Source of the DNA: Curvularia clavata
Lineage: Eukaryota
Reading direction: 5' to 3'
Assembly (NCBI GenBank): GCA_023920165.1
Contig: CP089279.1
Coordinates: 1,364,001-1,428,000, forward strand
DNA: 64,000 nt
Under the pieces are notes generated by a model. That model saw only the letters and a list, made by a program, of their open reading frames with translations, had not been told where the DNA came from and made no database searches. Positions 52,463-64,000 of this stretch are shown here, one piece after another. The position numbers and the translations under genes were made by a program. The stretch's first letter is position 1; each line of letters opens with the position of its first letter.

Positions 52463-53176
52463 TCAAATTCCATAGCTTACTTTATGAGTAGCTAGATGTC
52501 TCTCCAGATTCGCTTTGTTTTTAATTACTCTGCCACATATCGCACAAGACATCTCTTCGGGAGTTCGGTTCGCCAGACAAGTACCCGTTGCGTGATGTCT
52601 TTCCAAATTGGCCATCTGGGAAAACACCTTGTTGCATCCATCACATGTCAGCCTAGCGGTTCTAGCAGCATCTCGCTTTGGCTTGCACGCAACTTCTGAA
52701 TCCTGGTGCCTTTGTAATTCTCGCTTGTTGGCAAAAGGCTTCTTGCAGTTTTCGCAGGGGAACGATCCGGACTTCTTGGCTTTCTTTGCTCTTTCACGTT
52801 GGTATTCGAGGATGTGGTCCATATTTGCTTCGTCCCATTCCCGCTTTTGTATCTTCCCGTGTTCTTCTTCCTATTTTTTGTTAGCTTTGAGTTCCTCCTT
52901 GTAAAGTTCTTGCAGAAGCTGAGCAATCTCCTCGGCTCGTACTTGTTCCAGGCTTCGACCTTCAATTTTGCAACTATGGCTGTTCGCACCGGGCCTTCGA
53001 CGGAGTAGAGGTGCTGATGGAGGCAGCCGGAGGCAAAGGTGATGCTTGGTGACTTGGTCAGACTGGGACGTGCAATGGAGTGGAGGTGCTGAGGGGGGCA
53101 ATTGAGAAGAAAAGGTGAGGCTTGTTACCTTGGTCCTGGGGGGAAGGTGCACCTTCCCCATAAAGACATCCACCAT
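52463..53176 (-). pseudogene. Zinc-finger (C2H2/C2HC) gene interrupted by an in-frame TAG
   Basis: ORFs 52871-53209 and 52463-52822 share a frame and are separated only by TAG at 52871-52873. Fingers CENCKKPF..LQRH, CDGCNKVF..LERH and CAICGRVI..LERHLATH. The start is uncertain. Confidence 0.6.
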
Positions 53177-53301
53177 GGGCGACCTGGAAACACGCCTAGT
53201 TATAAACATCGCTCTCTATAGCGTGTTGTATAAGCGCGTGGCATTAGAGTAATATTGGGCACCAGAGTTGCTTTCGACCTGGATGATAACTTGTAAAGCT
53301 A

Positions 53302-53451
53302 CGAATCAGGATATTTTACAAGTAACTGTAGTTGTCTCAGGGCTGTGGTAGGCAGTCAACCCGTAGGGTACGCAAAATAGCGAATCAGGAGATTTTATAA
53401 GTGACTGTATTTGTCCCAATGCTATTATAGGTAACCAACCCGTGGGCTACG
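53302..53451. repeat. Diverged direct repeat, 2 x 71 bp, period 79 bp
   Basis: 53302-53372 and 53381-53451 align without gaps with 56/71 identical; 10 of the 15 differences are transitions (hand alignment). Confidence 0.85.
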
Positions 53452-53667
53452 TTAATCTCCATGGTCTTTGTCAAGTCCGGATGTGGTGACTTCCTATGCC
53501 AGTGGATCCATCTCCGCTAGGATGTTTGGGGCTAGGTGGTCAAGGTTGAACAACCTCAATCTGAAAAGAAGTGTAGAGCATTAAATTTAATAACTACTCG
53601 CTATCCCGCTCCCGAATTGCTCGTTAACTCACTGCTAGCAATCTTCTTCAACAGTCTGAGTACTAAC

Positions 53668-55386
53668 TTAGTACTCCGCCTCAACCTCCTCCTCGTCGCC
53701 AAGGGAATCGGCAGCCACCTCCTACAAAAAGTGTTAGCTTTGTTCACAATAAACGGAGTGGGAAAGTTCACCTCGTAGTCGCGCTCGAGTGCTGCCAAAT
53801 CCTCGCGTGCTTCGGAGAATTCACCCTCCTCCATGCCCTCACCAACATACCAGTGGACAAAGGCACGCTTGCTGTACATGAGGTCGAACTTGTGGGACAG
53901 AGCAGACCAGGCCTCGCTAATGGCGGTGGTGTTGGACAACATGCAGACGGCGCGGTTGACGGAGGCGAGATCGCCGTTGGGGACGTTCTGGGGTGGCTGG
54001 TAGCAGATACCGACCTTGAAGCCGGTAGGGCACCAGTCGACGAACTGGACGGTGCGCTTGGTCTTGACCTGGGCAATGGCGGCGTGGGTATCCTTGGGGA
54101 CGACGTCGCCACGGTACAGAAGGCAGGTAGCCATGTACTTTCCGTTGCGGGGATCGCACTTGACCATCTGGTTGTTGGGCTCGAAGCAAGCGTTGGTGAT
54201 CTCGCTGACCGAGTTGGCCTCGTGGGCGGCCTTGGCGGCAGAGATGACGGGGGAGTAGGCAACGAGAGGGAAGTGGATACGGGGGTAGGGGACCAAGTTT
54301 GTCTGGAACTCGTTCAGGTCGACGTTGAGGGAGCCGTCGAAGCGGAGCGAGGCGGTAATGGAGGAGACGACTGCAATGAGGTTAGTACAAACCAAAAGTG
54401 TTGGAGGGAAAATCAATCCACATACCCTGAGCAATCAGGCGGTTCAGGTTCTCGTAGCTAGGGCGCTCAATGCCGAGGTTCCTTCGGCAGATGTCGTAGA
54501 TGGCCTCGTTGTCGACCATGAAGCTGCAGTCGGAGTGCTCGAGGGTGGTGTGGGTGGTGAGAATGGAGTTGTATGGCTCAACAACCGATGTGGCGACCTG
54601 GGGCGCTGGGTAGACGCAGAACTCGAGCTTGCACTTCTTGCCGTAGTCGACGGACAGACGCTCCATGAGCAGGGCACCGAAACCAGAGCCAGTACCGCCA
54701 CCGAAGGAGTGGAAGACGAGGAAACCCTGGAGACCCGAGCAGTTGTCGGCAACGCGGCGGACCTTGTCGAGGACCTGGTCAATGAGCTCCTTTCCGACCG
54801 TGTAGTGGCCACGGGCGTAGTTGTTCGAGGCATCCTCCTTGCCTGTGATCATCTGCTCGGGGTGGAAGAGAGAGCGGTAGGCACCGGTGCGGACCTCATC
54901 GACGACATTGGGCTCGAGATCGGCGTAGATGGTACGGGGAACGTACTTGCCCTGGCCTGTGTGCTCTTGGTTAGCCGCGCATCCGAGATGCTCGCTGTGG
55001 TGGTGGCGGCCTACCAGTCTCCGAGAAGAAAGTGCTGAAGCCATGGTCGTCGTTCAGGGCCTTGCGCTCCTCGGTGAGGTAGCCGTCAGGCTGGATGCCG
55101 TGCTCAAGGCAGTAGAGCTGGAGGATGTCAGTATCAGAGCAGACTGGCGGTCAGGCGCTCCCCTTGCGACGGCCTCCTTTTCGCGGTTTGCGAGGTGTGT
55201 CGAGGGCGTTGGGGAGCTTGTGGGCGAGTACTCACCTCCCAGCAAGAGTTTGCAATTTGGCAACCGGCCTGGCCGACTAGACGCGTACAGAGTCAGTATC
55301 AACAAAGAGGCGGTCGTGTCCCACCAGGCAGACAGCAAGGGCGCATGAGGGGACTACTCACCGTTCAGACTGATGACTTCTCTCAT
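53668..55386 (-). CDS. TUB1: Alpha-tubulin
   Basis: [60 protein letters not shown] and C-terminal EAEY; multiple introns. Confidence 0.98.
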
Positions 55387-55784
55387 GGTTGAATTTGTAG
55401 GCGGGTAGTAATTGGGTGTGTATGGAAATGCTCGGTCAGGGGTGGCGGCTGCGAGAAGTCTTGGAGCAGCTGGCGGTGAAGTGGAGCAGTGGGTGGGGGG
55501 AGAAGCAGTGTTGTGTTTGTGGAATCGAACTTTTAGGGTGCAAAGGGTCGACCTACCACGGGCCACGGCGCTAACCACGACATAAACACTGCTCCGCTTC
55601 CGCCGCCCGTGCACTCACTCTACATGCGACTGAACGTCTGCACAATTGACAGGCACGCCGTCTCTTTCACAACAACGACACCACCACCCCGACGTCTGTT
55701 CAGATGCTTCTGCCGTGGCCCACGTGAGAGAATGCTCCGTCTGTATCCTGCCTTGCCAGCGCGTTCCCGTCCCGTTCACCAACC

Positions 55785-56565
55785 ATGCGCCTCCTCGCCC
55801 GCCTGCTGCTCTGCATCGTCACACAGGCCTGGACAGTGAATGCAAACGTTGAGAAGACTATATTCCTGGGCCCTCCTGCTGCTGCCTTGCCCAATGTTCA
55901 TCCCAACCTAGACACACTTGCTCTACACGTCCTGTCGCCTGCCAATTCCATTCTGCCTACCCGTGTTCCTGTCGAGTTTCCCACCGATTCTGTGCCCCGC
56001 GGTCTTGAGTCCTGGTACCTCCTACGCGGCCTCGACCACGGGCGCAGGTACGAGGTGCGTATCTGCTGGCCGGCAACTGTGAGTCGCCTCCTCTTTCGTT
56101 TTAACTGCGCTTCCTCTTCTCCCATTCGCGGGGCGAGTCCTGACTGTGCCTCAGCAACCAACCGACTTCTGGCTCGACACTTATCCGGTCCACCGCGTAC
56201 TCGATACGCCACATCTAAGAGCTTCACTAGAACGTCACAGTGAACGCGACCAAGACCTTCAACTCGGCGACCGAAAACACATTGAGCTGGCAAACTTCAA
56301 TGAGCACGAGTCCGTGCTACTGCTACGTCTCCAGGCTGCAGCATCCTACTACTCGACCAATCGCACTTTGATGCTCCACCCGCCCCTGGTAGATGTCGAT
56401 ATCATTCTCGACCCTTTCATGCTGAACGTCTTTCCACAGTCCCTTCGTCCCGTCGCCATATACATCACTCTAATCGCCATAGGAGCTTACCTCCTTTCTG
56501 GCTACATCTATCGTTTGCTGCTCTCTGCTGCTGCTGAAACACCCAGCAAGCCCCATACCGATTGA
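55785..56565 (+). CDS. PGA1-like GPI-mannosyltransferase II co-activator
   Basis: Signal peptide, NVEKTIF, YEVRICWPAT/QPTDF across one intron, C-terminal TM helix. Confidence 0.75.
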
Positions 56566-56677
56566 TCTCGAACCCTTACACTTTAGTTGTATTTCCTTCC
56601 TGGGGCTCGCAGCTTGTGCCAAGCCATAGCTTACACTGGCTGTTTCTGGCAATCCCCCTGAATACCAATACATCAGC

Positions 56678-57097
56678 ATGTCCGTGCCCCCTGGAGCACC
56701 GCCGCCGCCTGGGCCGGCTGCGCAGGCCAATTCATTTGATCGACTCCCCGCCGAACTACTCCTCATAATTTATGAATACGTAGGCACCAGCAACCTTACG
56801 AATCTCGCCCTAGCAATCTATCCGACATTCCAGCGCCACAACCTCGCTCCAGAGCTTACTCCAGCCACTCTTGCGCACATGCTGCGCCTGTCCCACAGGC
56901 CGGCGAGTCTATCAACACACCCAGGAGCAGTAGTCCGGATGCCCCCCGAGCTCTGGCTATTTGTCGCCAACCATCTAGAGCCAGTTGACATCCTGTCTCT
57001 GATGTTTACATTCCCAGCAGTCTTTGACCAGAATCTTAGCAGACAGACAAGGGAAAGGTTGAGAGTCTGGAGTCGGCGATCAAGGGAAAAAGAATGA
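56678..57097 (+). CDS. Small protein with two F-box-like motifs
   Basis: 139-aa intronless ORF with FDRLPAELLLIIYEYV and RMPPELWLFVANHLEPVDILSL. Confidence 0.6.
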   Translation: MSVPPGAPPPPGPAAQANSFDRLPAELLLIIYEYVGTSNLTNLALAIYPTFQRHNLAPELTPATLAHMLRLSHRPASLSTHPGAVVRMPPELWLFVANHLEPVDILSLMFTFPAVFDQNLSRQTRERLRVWSRRSREKE

Positions 57098-57370
57098 CCA
57101 AATATGTACGGGCGCCGAAGTTTAGCCACCGGTCCCGAGATATGATGTATTATGACTTGCGAATCAAACAGAATCCAAGATTAATATCATACATGTGTAT
57201 TTTTGAATATTTGTAAATAATGTGTTTCTCATGATCTCCGTTACCTTGTTACATGGACGACCCATTGTAGAAGAAACGCCACGCTATGCATGCAAAAGGC
57301 CCAACGATCCACCTTGCGCCAGAAAAGAACCCGCAATCAACTTTTTCCGCGGTGTGCTGTACACTGCCCC

Positions 57371-60300
57371 TCAAGCGTCTCTTGGAAACTCGTCCTCAAG
57401 TCCAATCGTCACCTTGACATTCATGCTGCCCAGCTCCTGGATCAGCAGCTTGGCAGCATACGGCATGGTGATCTTGCGCACTGCCTTTTCGCTCTCACAC
57501 AGCTTGCACCAGCCGCTGTATCCCATTTGACCGCCTGTGTACAAAAAAAAGTCAGTCAAAAGAACTCCACACCAGAGAAAAAGGAAGAGAAGAAGAAAAA
57601 AAACTTACACTTCTCGCAAACATCCACGTTATGCGCATCCGAACTAATCATCAGGCGCTCCAACAAAAGCTGCGACGCGCCATACGCAATCAAACAATCA
57701 CGCTCCATTTCTCCCAGACGCAAACCACCGTCCCTTGCACGACCTTCAGTAGGCTGACGTGTGAGAATAGCGCGGGGACCCCTCGCACGCGAGTGCATCT
57801 TGTCCTGGACCATGTGCTTGAGCTTCTGGTAGTAAATGGGGCCGAAGAAGGTGTAGAACTGGTGGGCTTCGCCCGTGATACCAGAGGTAAGGTAGTCCTT
57901 GCCCGTGTACGAGAAGCCCTTTTCGACGAGGATCTGTGACATGTCTTCGACAGTGGAGCCGCCAAATGCAGTGCCGTATTCGAGTGTGCCGTTGAGAACA
58001 CCTGCTTTGCCCGAGAGGAGTTCCATCATTTTGCCGACTGTCATACGTGACGGGAAACCGTGGGGGTTCATGATAATGTCGGGACAGATGCCTTGGTCGT
58101 TGAAGGGCATGTCTTCTTGCTGCACAATCAGACCCGTTGTACCTTTCTGTCCGTGACGAGAAGAGAATTTGTCGCCTAGCTCTGGACGACGGGTTTGACG
58201 CATGAGCAGTTTGATTAGCGTGGTTCCCGCTTCGTTCTCTGTGATGCAGGCCTTGTCCACGTAGCTGCAGTCGGGCAACTTGTACTTTTCTGGCTTGTCC
58301 TTGTATACATTGGACGCTGGACCAGCAGTGTCTTGAGGGATCGATTTCAACAAGAAGGCATCGCCGGCTTCGATGCGAGCACCTACTTGAGCGATACCGT
58401 CTTGGCCGATCGCTTGGTGGCTCTTGTTCTCCACATCGAGTGCACCGGCGTTGATACGATCAGAAGTACCGTTGGCATATGTTTTAAGAGGCGTGACGTG
58501 CTTCTTGAATACCTGACAGCGACCAAATCCTCGATCACACGACGCCTTGTTCAAAATGAGCGCATCCTCAATATCGTAGCCCGAGTACGACATGACAGCG
58601 ACGGTGGCATTTTGACCTGCCGGGAGCTTGTCGTATTTTGTGAGCTCAATGGTTCGTGTCTTGACCATAGGCTGTTGTGGATAGACCATAAGGTACAGCA
58701 GCGTGTCGATCCTGTTGAATTGATTGTAGGCAATAGCACCAATCGCTTGCTTACCCATAGCGCATTGGTAAGTGTTACGTGGCGACTGATTGTGGTGAGG
58801 GTAAGGGATAAGGCCAGCGACAGCACCCAAAATGGTAAAGGGCTCGATCTCGAGATGCGTCGTGTGTTGGTTGATTTCGCTTTCCTTGAGTGCAATATTC
58901 GTGTCGTTCTCTTCGTTCGTATCCAGGTACTCGACAAGGCCCCTTGTTAAGAAATCCTCGAAATCCATGGTGCCCTTGCGAAGAGCCTTCAAGTACCGCG
59001 AAGTAACTTTCGAGCGCTGGTTCTCAACGATAATCATTGGCCTACAGATACGTCCTTCATCAGTAGCGATGTGGACTTCACAGTGGTCATGATCGATGTG
59101 AATGCTGGTAAATTCCGAGATACGTCCCATTCGTCGGAGTTTCCGGAAGCTGTTTAGGAAGCGCTTTGGAGTGTCTGTGACAGCGATGGGCGTACCGTTG
59201 AGACAAACACTGTATACGCCCTCGGCATGGATCTCTTCTCCTGTCTGAGAGCAAATGTCTTCAGCACCCAGCATGAACACAATCTTACGTACTGGATCAT
59301 CGTCATCTTCGGTGGTGATGTGCGTCATGAGCGCCAAGTTCTTGACCAAACCACAAGCCTCTCCTTCTGGAGTATCAGACGTGCAGAGCATACCAAACTG
59401 CGACGGCTGGAGCGCACGAGGACCAGAGACTTTGCGAGTCTTTTCGAACTGCGAACTGATTCGCGTCATCATACCGAGTGCAGCGATGTAACTCAGTCGG
59501 CTCAGGACGTGGGTAACTCCAGCCCTCTCCATCTTGAATCGCTTCAAACTCCAGTTTCCAGTGGCGATCGCGCGCTCGACACCCATGGTGATGTGATTCT
59601 TATGAACACTGAAGTGGGAGAAGGCATCAAACTCTTGTGCTCTGACTGCTTTCTTGAGGACCTTGTCGATGCTCATCTTGAAATCGTGATTGAAGCGCTT
59701 GAAATGATCTTCAAACAAGAGAGACAGCATCTGCCCAGAAAGCTCCAGACGCTTGTTGCCAACATAGTCACGATCATCCACGAGCTTCGGGTCTTGCATT
59801 GCCATCAAGACTCTCCGAGCCATGAGGGCTACATAGAGTGCCTTGGGTCGAAAGTTGGTGCCCTCAACTGGTACGTGGGGAAGGACGACGTTCGACAGAC
59901 ATTCGATGGCCTCGAGATGATAATTCCTGTTACGCGAGGTGCCCAGCGGCTTCTTGACTAGCCTCACGCGGTGGCCGATATACTCCAACGCTCTTTCTTG
60001 TGTATGAATCTGCTCCCGCGCGCACGCCTCGAAGTTGATGGCAAAGTTGTCCTGGTATGCACTGTCCTCGCCGGCAACCATGACCAGAATCTCCTTGTCA
60101 GAATGGACTCCCAACGCCTTCATGACAAACACAATTGGAATCTCTTCAGAGAGTGTGTTGTGCCGAAGGTACATAAGCCCTTTCTTTTGAATAACGTATG
60201 TCTTTGTCCGCCTCTCGTGGGTGGAACTTGTAACGCTGGCCTGCATGATTCCCTTTGCGCTTTCGACAATGACTCGGTTCTTGTTTAGCTGTTCCTGGAC

Positions 60301-61135
60301 AAGGATGACCTTCTCTTGTCCGCGGGTGATGAAGTAACCTCCCGGGTCTAGCGGGCACTCTTCCATGACAGCCATCTCACGATCGCTCTTGCCAGCAAGC
60401 ACACATTTGTTACTCTTCAACATAATTGGCATCCTGCCAATCTTGACACCAGTTCGTTTGACCTTTGCATTTCCCCTCGTGTATATGATATCGACGACTA
60501 TTGGCGCAGCATAGGTCATGTCGCGTAGACGGCACTCGTTGGGCGTGATGGTACTGCGATGATGTTCGAGATCGTCTTCTTCCTGGCGGTTCGGCGATAG
60601 AACGCGAATGTCGGTGTACTCAAGGAGGAATTTGGGGTCATAGTCGCTGCGAACGAAGCGGTTGGCCTTGATGATCTTCTTCAGGTCCACATCAACGAAG
60701 TGGTTGTATGAGTCGACGTGCTGTTTGACGAGACCTTTGGTCTTCAAGAAGGCAGGCAGTAGATTCCACTTGTCGCGCGCCGTATTGATTGGGTCTGTCA
60801 AACTCTTGCCGTAGTAAAAAGGTTCGAGAAGAGCGGCGAACTCGTCCTTCGCATGGGTGTGTGGCGCTCGTCGTTTCCGCGTGCTCTCTGCTGACGTAGA
60901 AGCACCCGGATTGAGGTCTGTCGCATTATTTCCGGCCGTTGCTTGAGGTTTGGCACTTTCATCAATGTCCATCGAGTCTCCGTTGTCTACTTGGACCGCA
61001 GGTGCGCCAGGCGCAACCTTTGCCTTCGTCGCCCCGCGCGGGGCGGCCTTGGGGTTTGGGGTCGCAACTTCCTTTGCACACGTTAGTCTTGTTCGATCGC
61101 CTCTGTGTGGATTTTCGCACCTTTTTACCCACCAT
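57371..61135 (-). CDS. RPC2: RNA polymerase III second-largest subunit
   Basis: [59 protein letters not shown] and [12 protein letters not shown]. Short first exon MVGKK from 61135; last intron ~57536-57609. Confidence 0.97.
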
Positions 61136-61697
61136 TTTTGCGACAGTAGAGTAGGTGAATGGAAGTTGGAGGTGGGTTAGTAAGTTCGTTGGAGCTGCTG
61201 CAACAATTTGGCGTTCGGCGAGTCAGACATGCAGGTGGAGAACGAATCTCGACCAATCGGTAATCCGCAGTAGATTCATCTAGCCGGCCCAGGTGAGTGA
61301 CCGCATATGCAAATCATTGCGGCAGCAACGGCGATCACATTTGGCAAAATGGATGTGCACAAAGAAACGATTTGGTGGTACACGGATGGTTGTAGAAGCT
61401 TCATCATTTCGCTACTGAGCTGCGTACAGCAATCGCATGAGGGCAGGAGTAAAAGACTTTGGAAAAAGCTCAAGATGCATGACCCCGATTAACACCCGCT
61501 GTTACGTACAAAGCAACCTCAAGGCAGCATTCGTAGACCACGGCCCCGTGATATCCACATTTTTGCCATATCTTACAAGCCATCCAGCCCTCTGTCCAAC
61601 CTTGCATAACTGCAAATCGTTCCGTGTTTCCAGAATTGGTAGTCGATCAGACCCGTGGCGGTCATTTGATACCCACAAGAGCATTACTGGCCTCTAC

Positions 61698-63469
61698 CTA
61701 AAAGGCGTCGCGAACATCAGCCTCGCCGTTTAAGTTTCTCAGCGAGCTTTCGGCCAGGTCGACTTTCAACTGAGCCGTCTCAGCTTCACGCTCGAGACCA
61801 TCCCATTCTCTCAACTTTTGCCTCTTCGCGTCCTCTTTCTTTTCAATCAGCTCTCTGAGCTTCTGTGCCTCTGCCTCCAACTTCAGAATTTTACTCTTGT
61901 CATACATCTCAGGTGCTTTCTGGCCTCCAGGTATCTCCTTGGGTAGATCGGCCAGGTGGTCACGGAAGCGCATCGTGCGAGGATACGTCGTGGCAGTAGA
62001 GTTATTCGAGCCACGGAAAGGGGGCGCAAAAGGTGCTGCTCCACTTGGGCCACCACTGGTACCGCGAGGACCGGCTGGTGCGCCACCGTAGTAACCTCCA
62101 CGAGGTCCTCCACCCCAGGAACCTCTGCGTGAAGATGGTCCAGAGAAATCACCTCGCCCCTCATAGCCACCGAAACCACGACCACCGCCGCGTGGCCGTG
62201 TCGGAGCTGTTAAGACAGGATTGCTTCCTCGAGGAAATGCGGGAGGTGGCGCTGCCGAACTGGAGGGTCCTGCCGGAGGTGATATTGCAGCTGGAGAGGG
62301 ATAGCTGCGACTAGAAGGACCAGTTGGTGGTGCTCTGGCAAAATTGCCATCACCATTGCGGTAGGAAGACGACGGCCCTGTTGGAGGCGCAAAGTCTCTG
62401 TCTCCGCGCGGTCCAGTCGGGGGACTCTCTCTACGGCGTGGTGGGGATCGCTCTCGCTCTCGCTCCCGACTATAGTCTCGGCCTCTCTCAGGGAGTCGCT
62501 CGCGGAAGGGTGATCTTGGAGCTGAAGCAGGCTCTCTGACAGGAAGCTCTTCTACAAGTGCAGCCCGGCTGGGGTGAATAGGTGGCGGAGAAGAGCGACG
62601 TGAGGTAGCTGCAGAGTCTCTACCAGAGGGCTCGTTGGAAGCATATGTTGGCCGCGCTGGGGAAGGAGACCTGCGACTCCTCCAAGTGTCGGCAGTATAT
62701 GGATCAGCGCGTTCGCGTCTCGGGGAGGGTGATCGACGTCTATAGTCTCGCGGCGGAGAGTATCGTCGTGGAGGAGGGCTGAAAACTGATTAGATGACTG
62801 TTCCTGAAGGTGCGCAGCTTTGAACGTACCTGTCTATTCGAGAACGTGGTTCATCGTATCGGCTAGAACGAATAGGCGAGCGCATGCCACGACTCCTCGC
62901 CGGGGACGGATCGCGCTCCCGAAGAGGTAGTGGCGATCTGTCGCGCGGTCGTGGAGAGCGAGTATACGAATCGTACTGGTCTCGATCCCGTCGCGGAGAC
63001 CTTACCCTGTCATTTCTGTAATCATCACGTCTGGGTGAATATGCTCGGCGAGGAGGCGACCGAGGGCGTGCCCTCCAATTGTCATCGCGACGTGGACTTC
63101 GTGACCTTCTTCGGAACGCAGGTGATCGACTGCGCGGACGTGAAGAGCGACCACCGGGGACATAGGTATCAGCCGAAGCTAAACCACGACGAGGTGGAGA
63201 ACTGCGTCGAGGAGGACTTGCGCGACGGAAAGGAGGTGAGCGAGCACGATAGCTGTCTCCGCGCGGAGAGCGTGGGCGTGGTCCGGGGGAGCGTGGACGG
63301 TATGTGTTTGAATATCTGTCGTCTCTGGTTCCGCGTCAGCAGTTGCGCCACCAATAACCTTTAGGAGTCGGACGAGCTGATGTGCCATTCATGAGCGCAC
63401 AGGCGACAGCCTGGTGTCAACGAACCTTCTGTCTCCTCTGTCTCGATCTCGGTCACGATCCCTGTCCAT
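61698..63469 (-). CDS. Arg/Ser-rich low-complexity protein with C-terminal coiled coil
   Basis: MDRDRDRDRD start, RSRSP repeats, PPxGP/RGG tracts and the C-terminal ORF 61698-61973; exon boundaries are approximate. Confidence 0.7.
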
Positions 63470-64000
63470 TTCGCAATCAACGGTGATTCGCTTGGCTTAT
63501 TGTAAATATTGTGTGTCGTTGTTGAATAAATCGATAAAGATAGGTGAAGGTTCGTGATAGGGAGCCGCGGTTGTGGAGCGGTGGGTAGTTGTTTGGTGCT
63601 TCGTGTGTTGGGTCTGCAAAAAGTGAAGTTCGAAGCCAAGCCCACTGCGACTGGACGCGTTGGACGGTCACGTGCGATGTGGTTCATTGGGGCTGAGAGC
63701 GTGTCAAGCTTAGACCTTATATGGCTTCCATCAGCGACGGAAAACAAACAATGAACAATCGCTTTCCATGTTTCAGCCTTGCTTTTTCTTTCTCCTTCCG
63801 TTTGTCCACCACGGCATCGAATATACGAAAGTGGCGGTCGTGTTTGCGTACAGTAAACCTAGCCACCACCATTTTGACTTGCTCCTACAAGTGAGGGATA
63901 GTCACTTGATCTTTCATTTTTTTTACACGACTGCCAAGAAGCACATCTCGAGACAAGTATCTCCATCTTACATCCAGCAACGGCCGTCAACTCAAAATCA

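Noticed and set aside
53853..55038. Long antisense ORFs over alpha-tubulin (similar ones over the PUF, RPC2 and TPT genes)
   Set aside because: Expected shadow ORFs of strongly codon-biased genes.

Overview
Intron-containing genomic DNA from a filamentous ascomycete; Dothideomycete/Pleosporales is my inference from gene content and style, not a proven assignment. It has two parts. (1) About 1-20.5 kb looks like an accessory region. It holds a compact six-gene cluster: three intronless, membrane-anchored proteins that each carry two HxxHC motifs (DUF3328/UstYa- or PhomB-like, probably copper oxidases), a CDH-type heme-b cytochrome (DOMON) fused to cytochrome b561, a SUT1/SLC45-type MFS transporter and a bZIP-ankyrin (ToxE-type) transcription factor. 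No RiPP precursor or backbone synthase is visible in the window. After the cluster come a frameshifted HET-domain gene and a divergent pair of small secreted protein genes that share an identical 12-bp TATA element. (2) About 20.5-64 kb is gene-dense and mostly housekeeping: thioesterase, eIF2D/Tma64, a membrane protein, a chromodomain-CCCH protein that seems to need a 2-nt micro-exon, Rab11, Sly41-like TPT transporter, S9-like hydrolase, WW protein, FAD oxidoreductase, SEY1, RCF2, a PUF protein, alpha-tubulin, PGA1-like, an F-box-like protein, RPC2 and an RS-rich protein. One small AT-rich island there carries a zinc-finger pseudogene. All gene models were spliced by eye and family names come from motif recognition, not from database searches.
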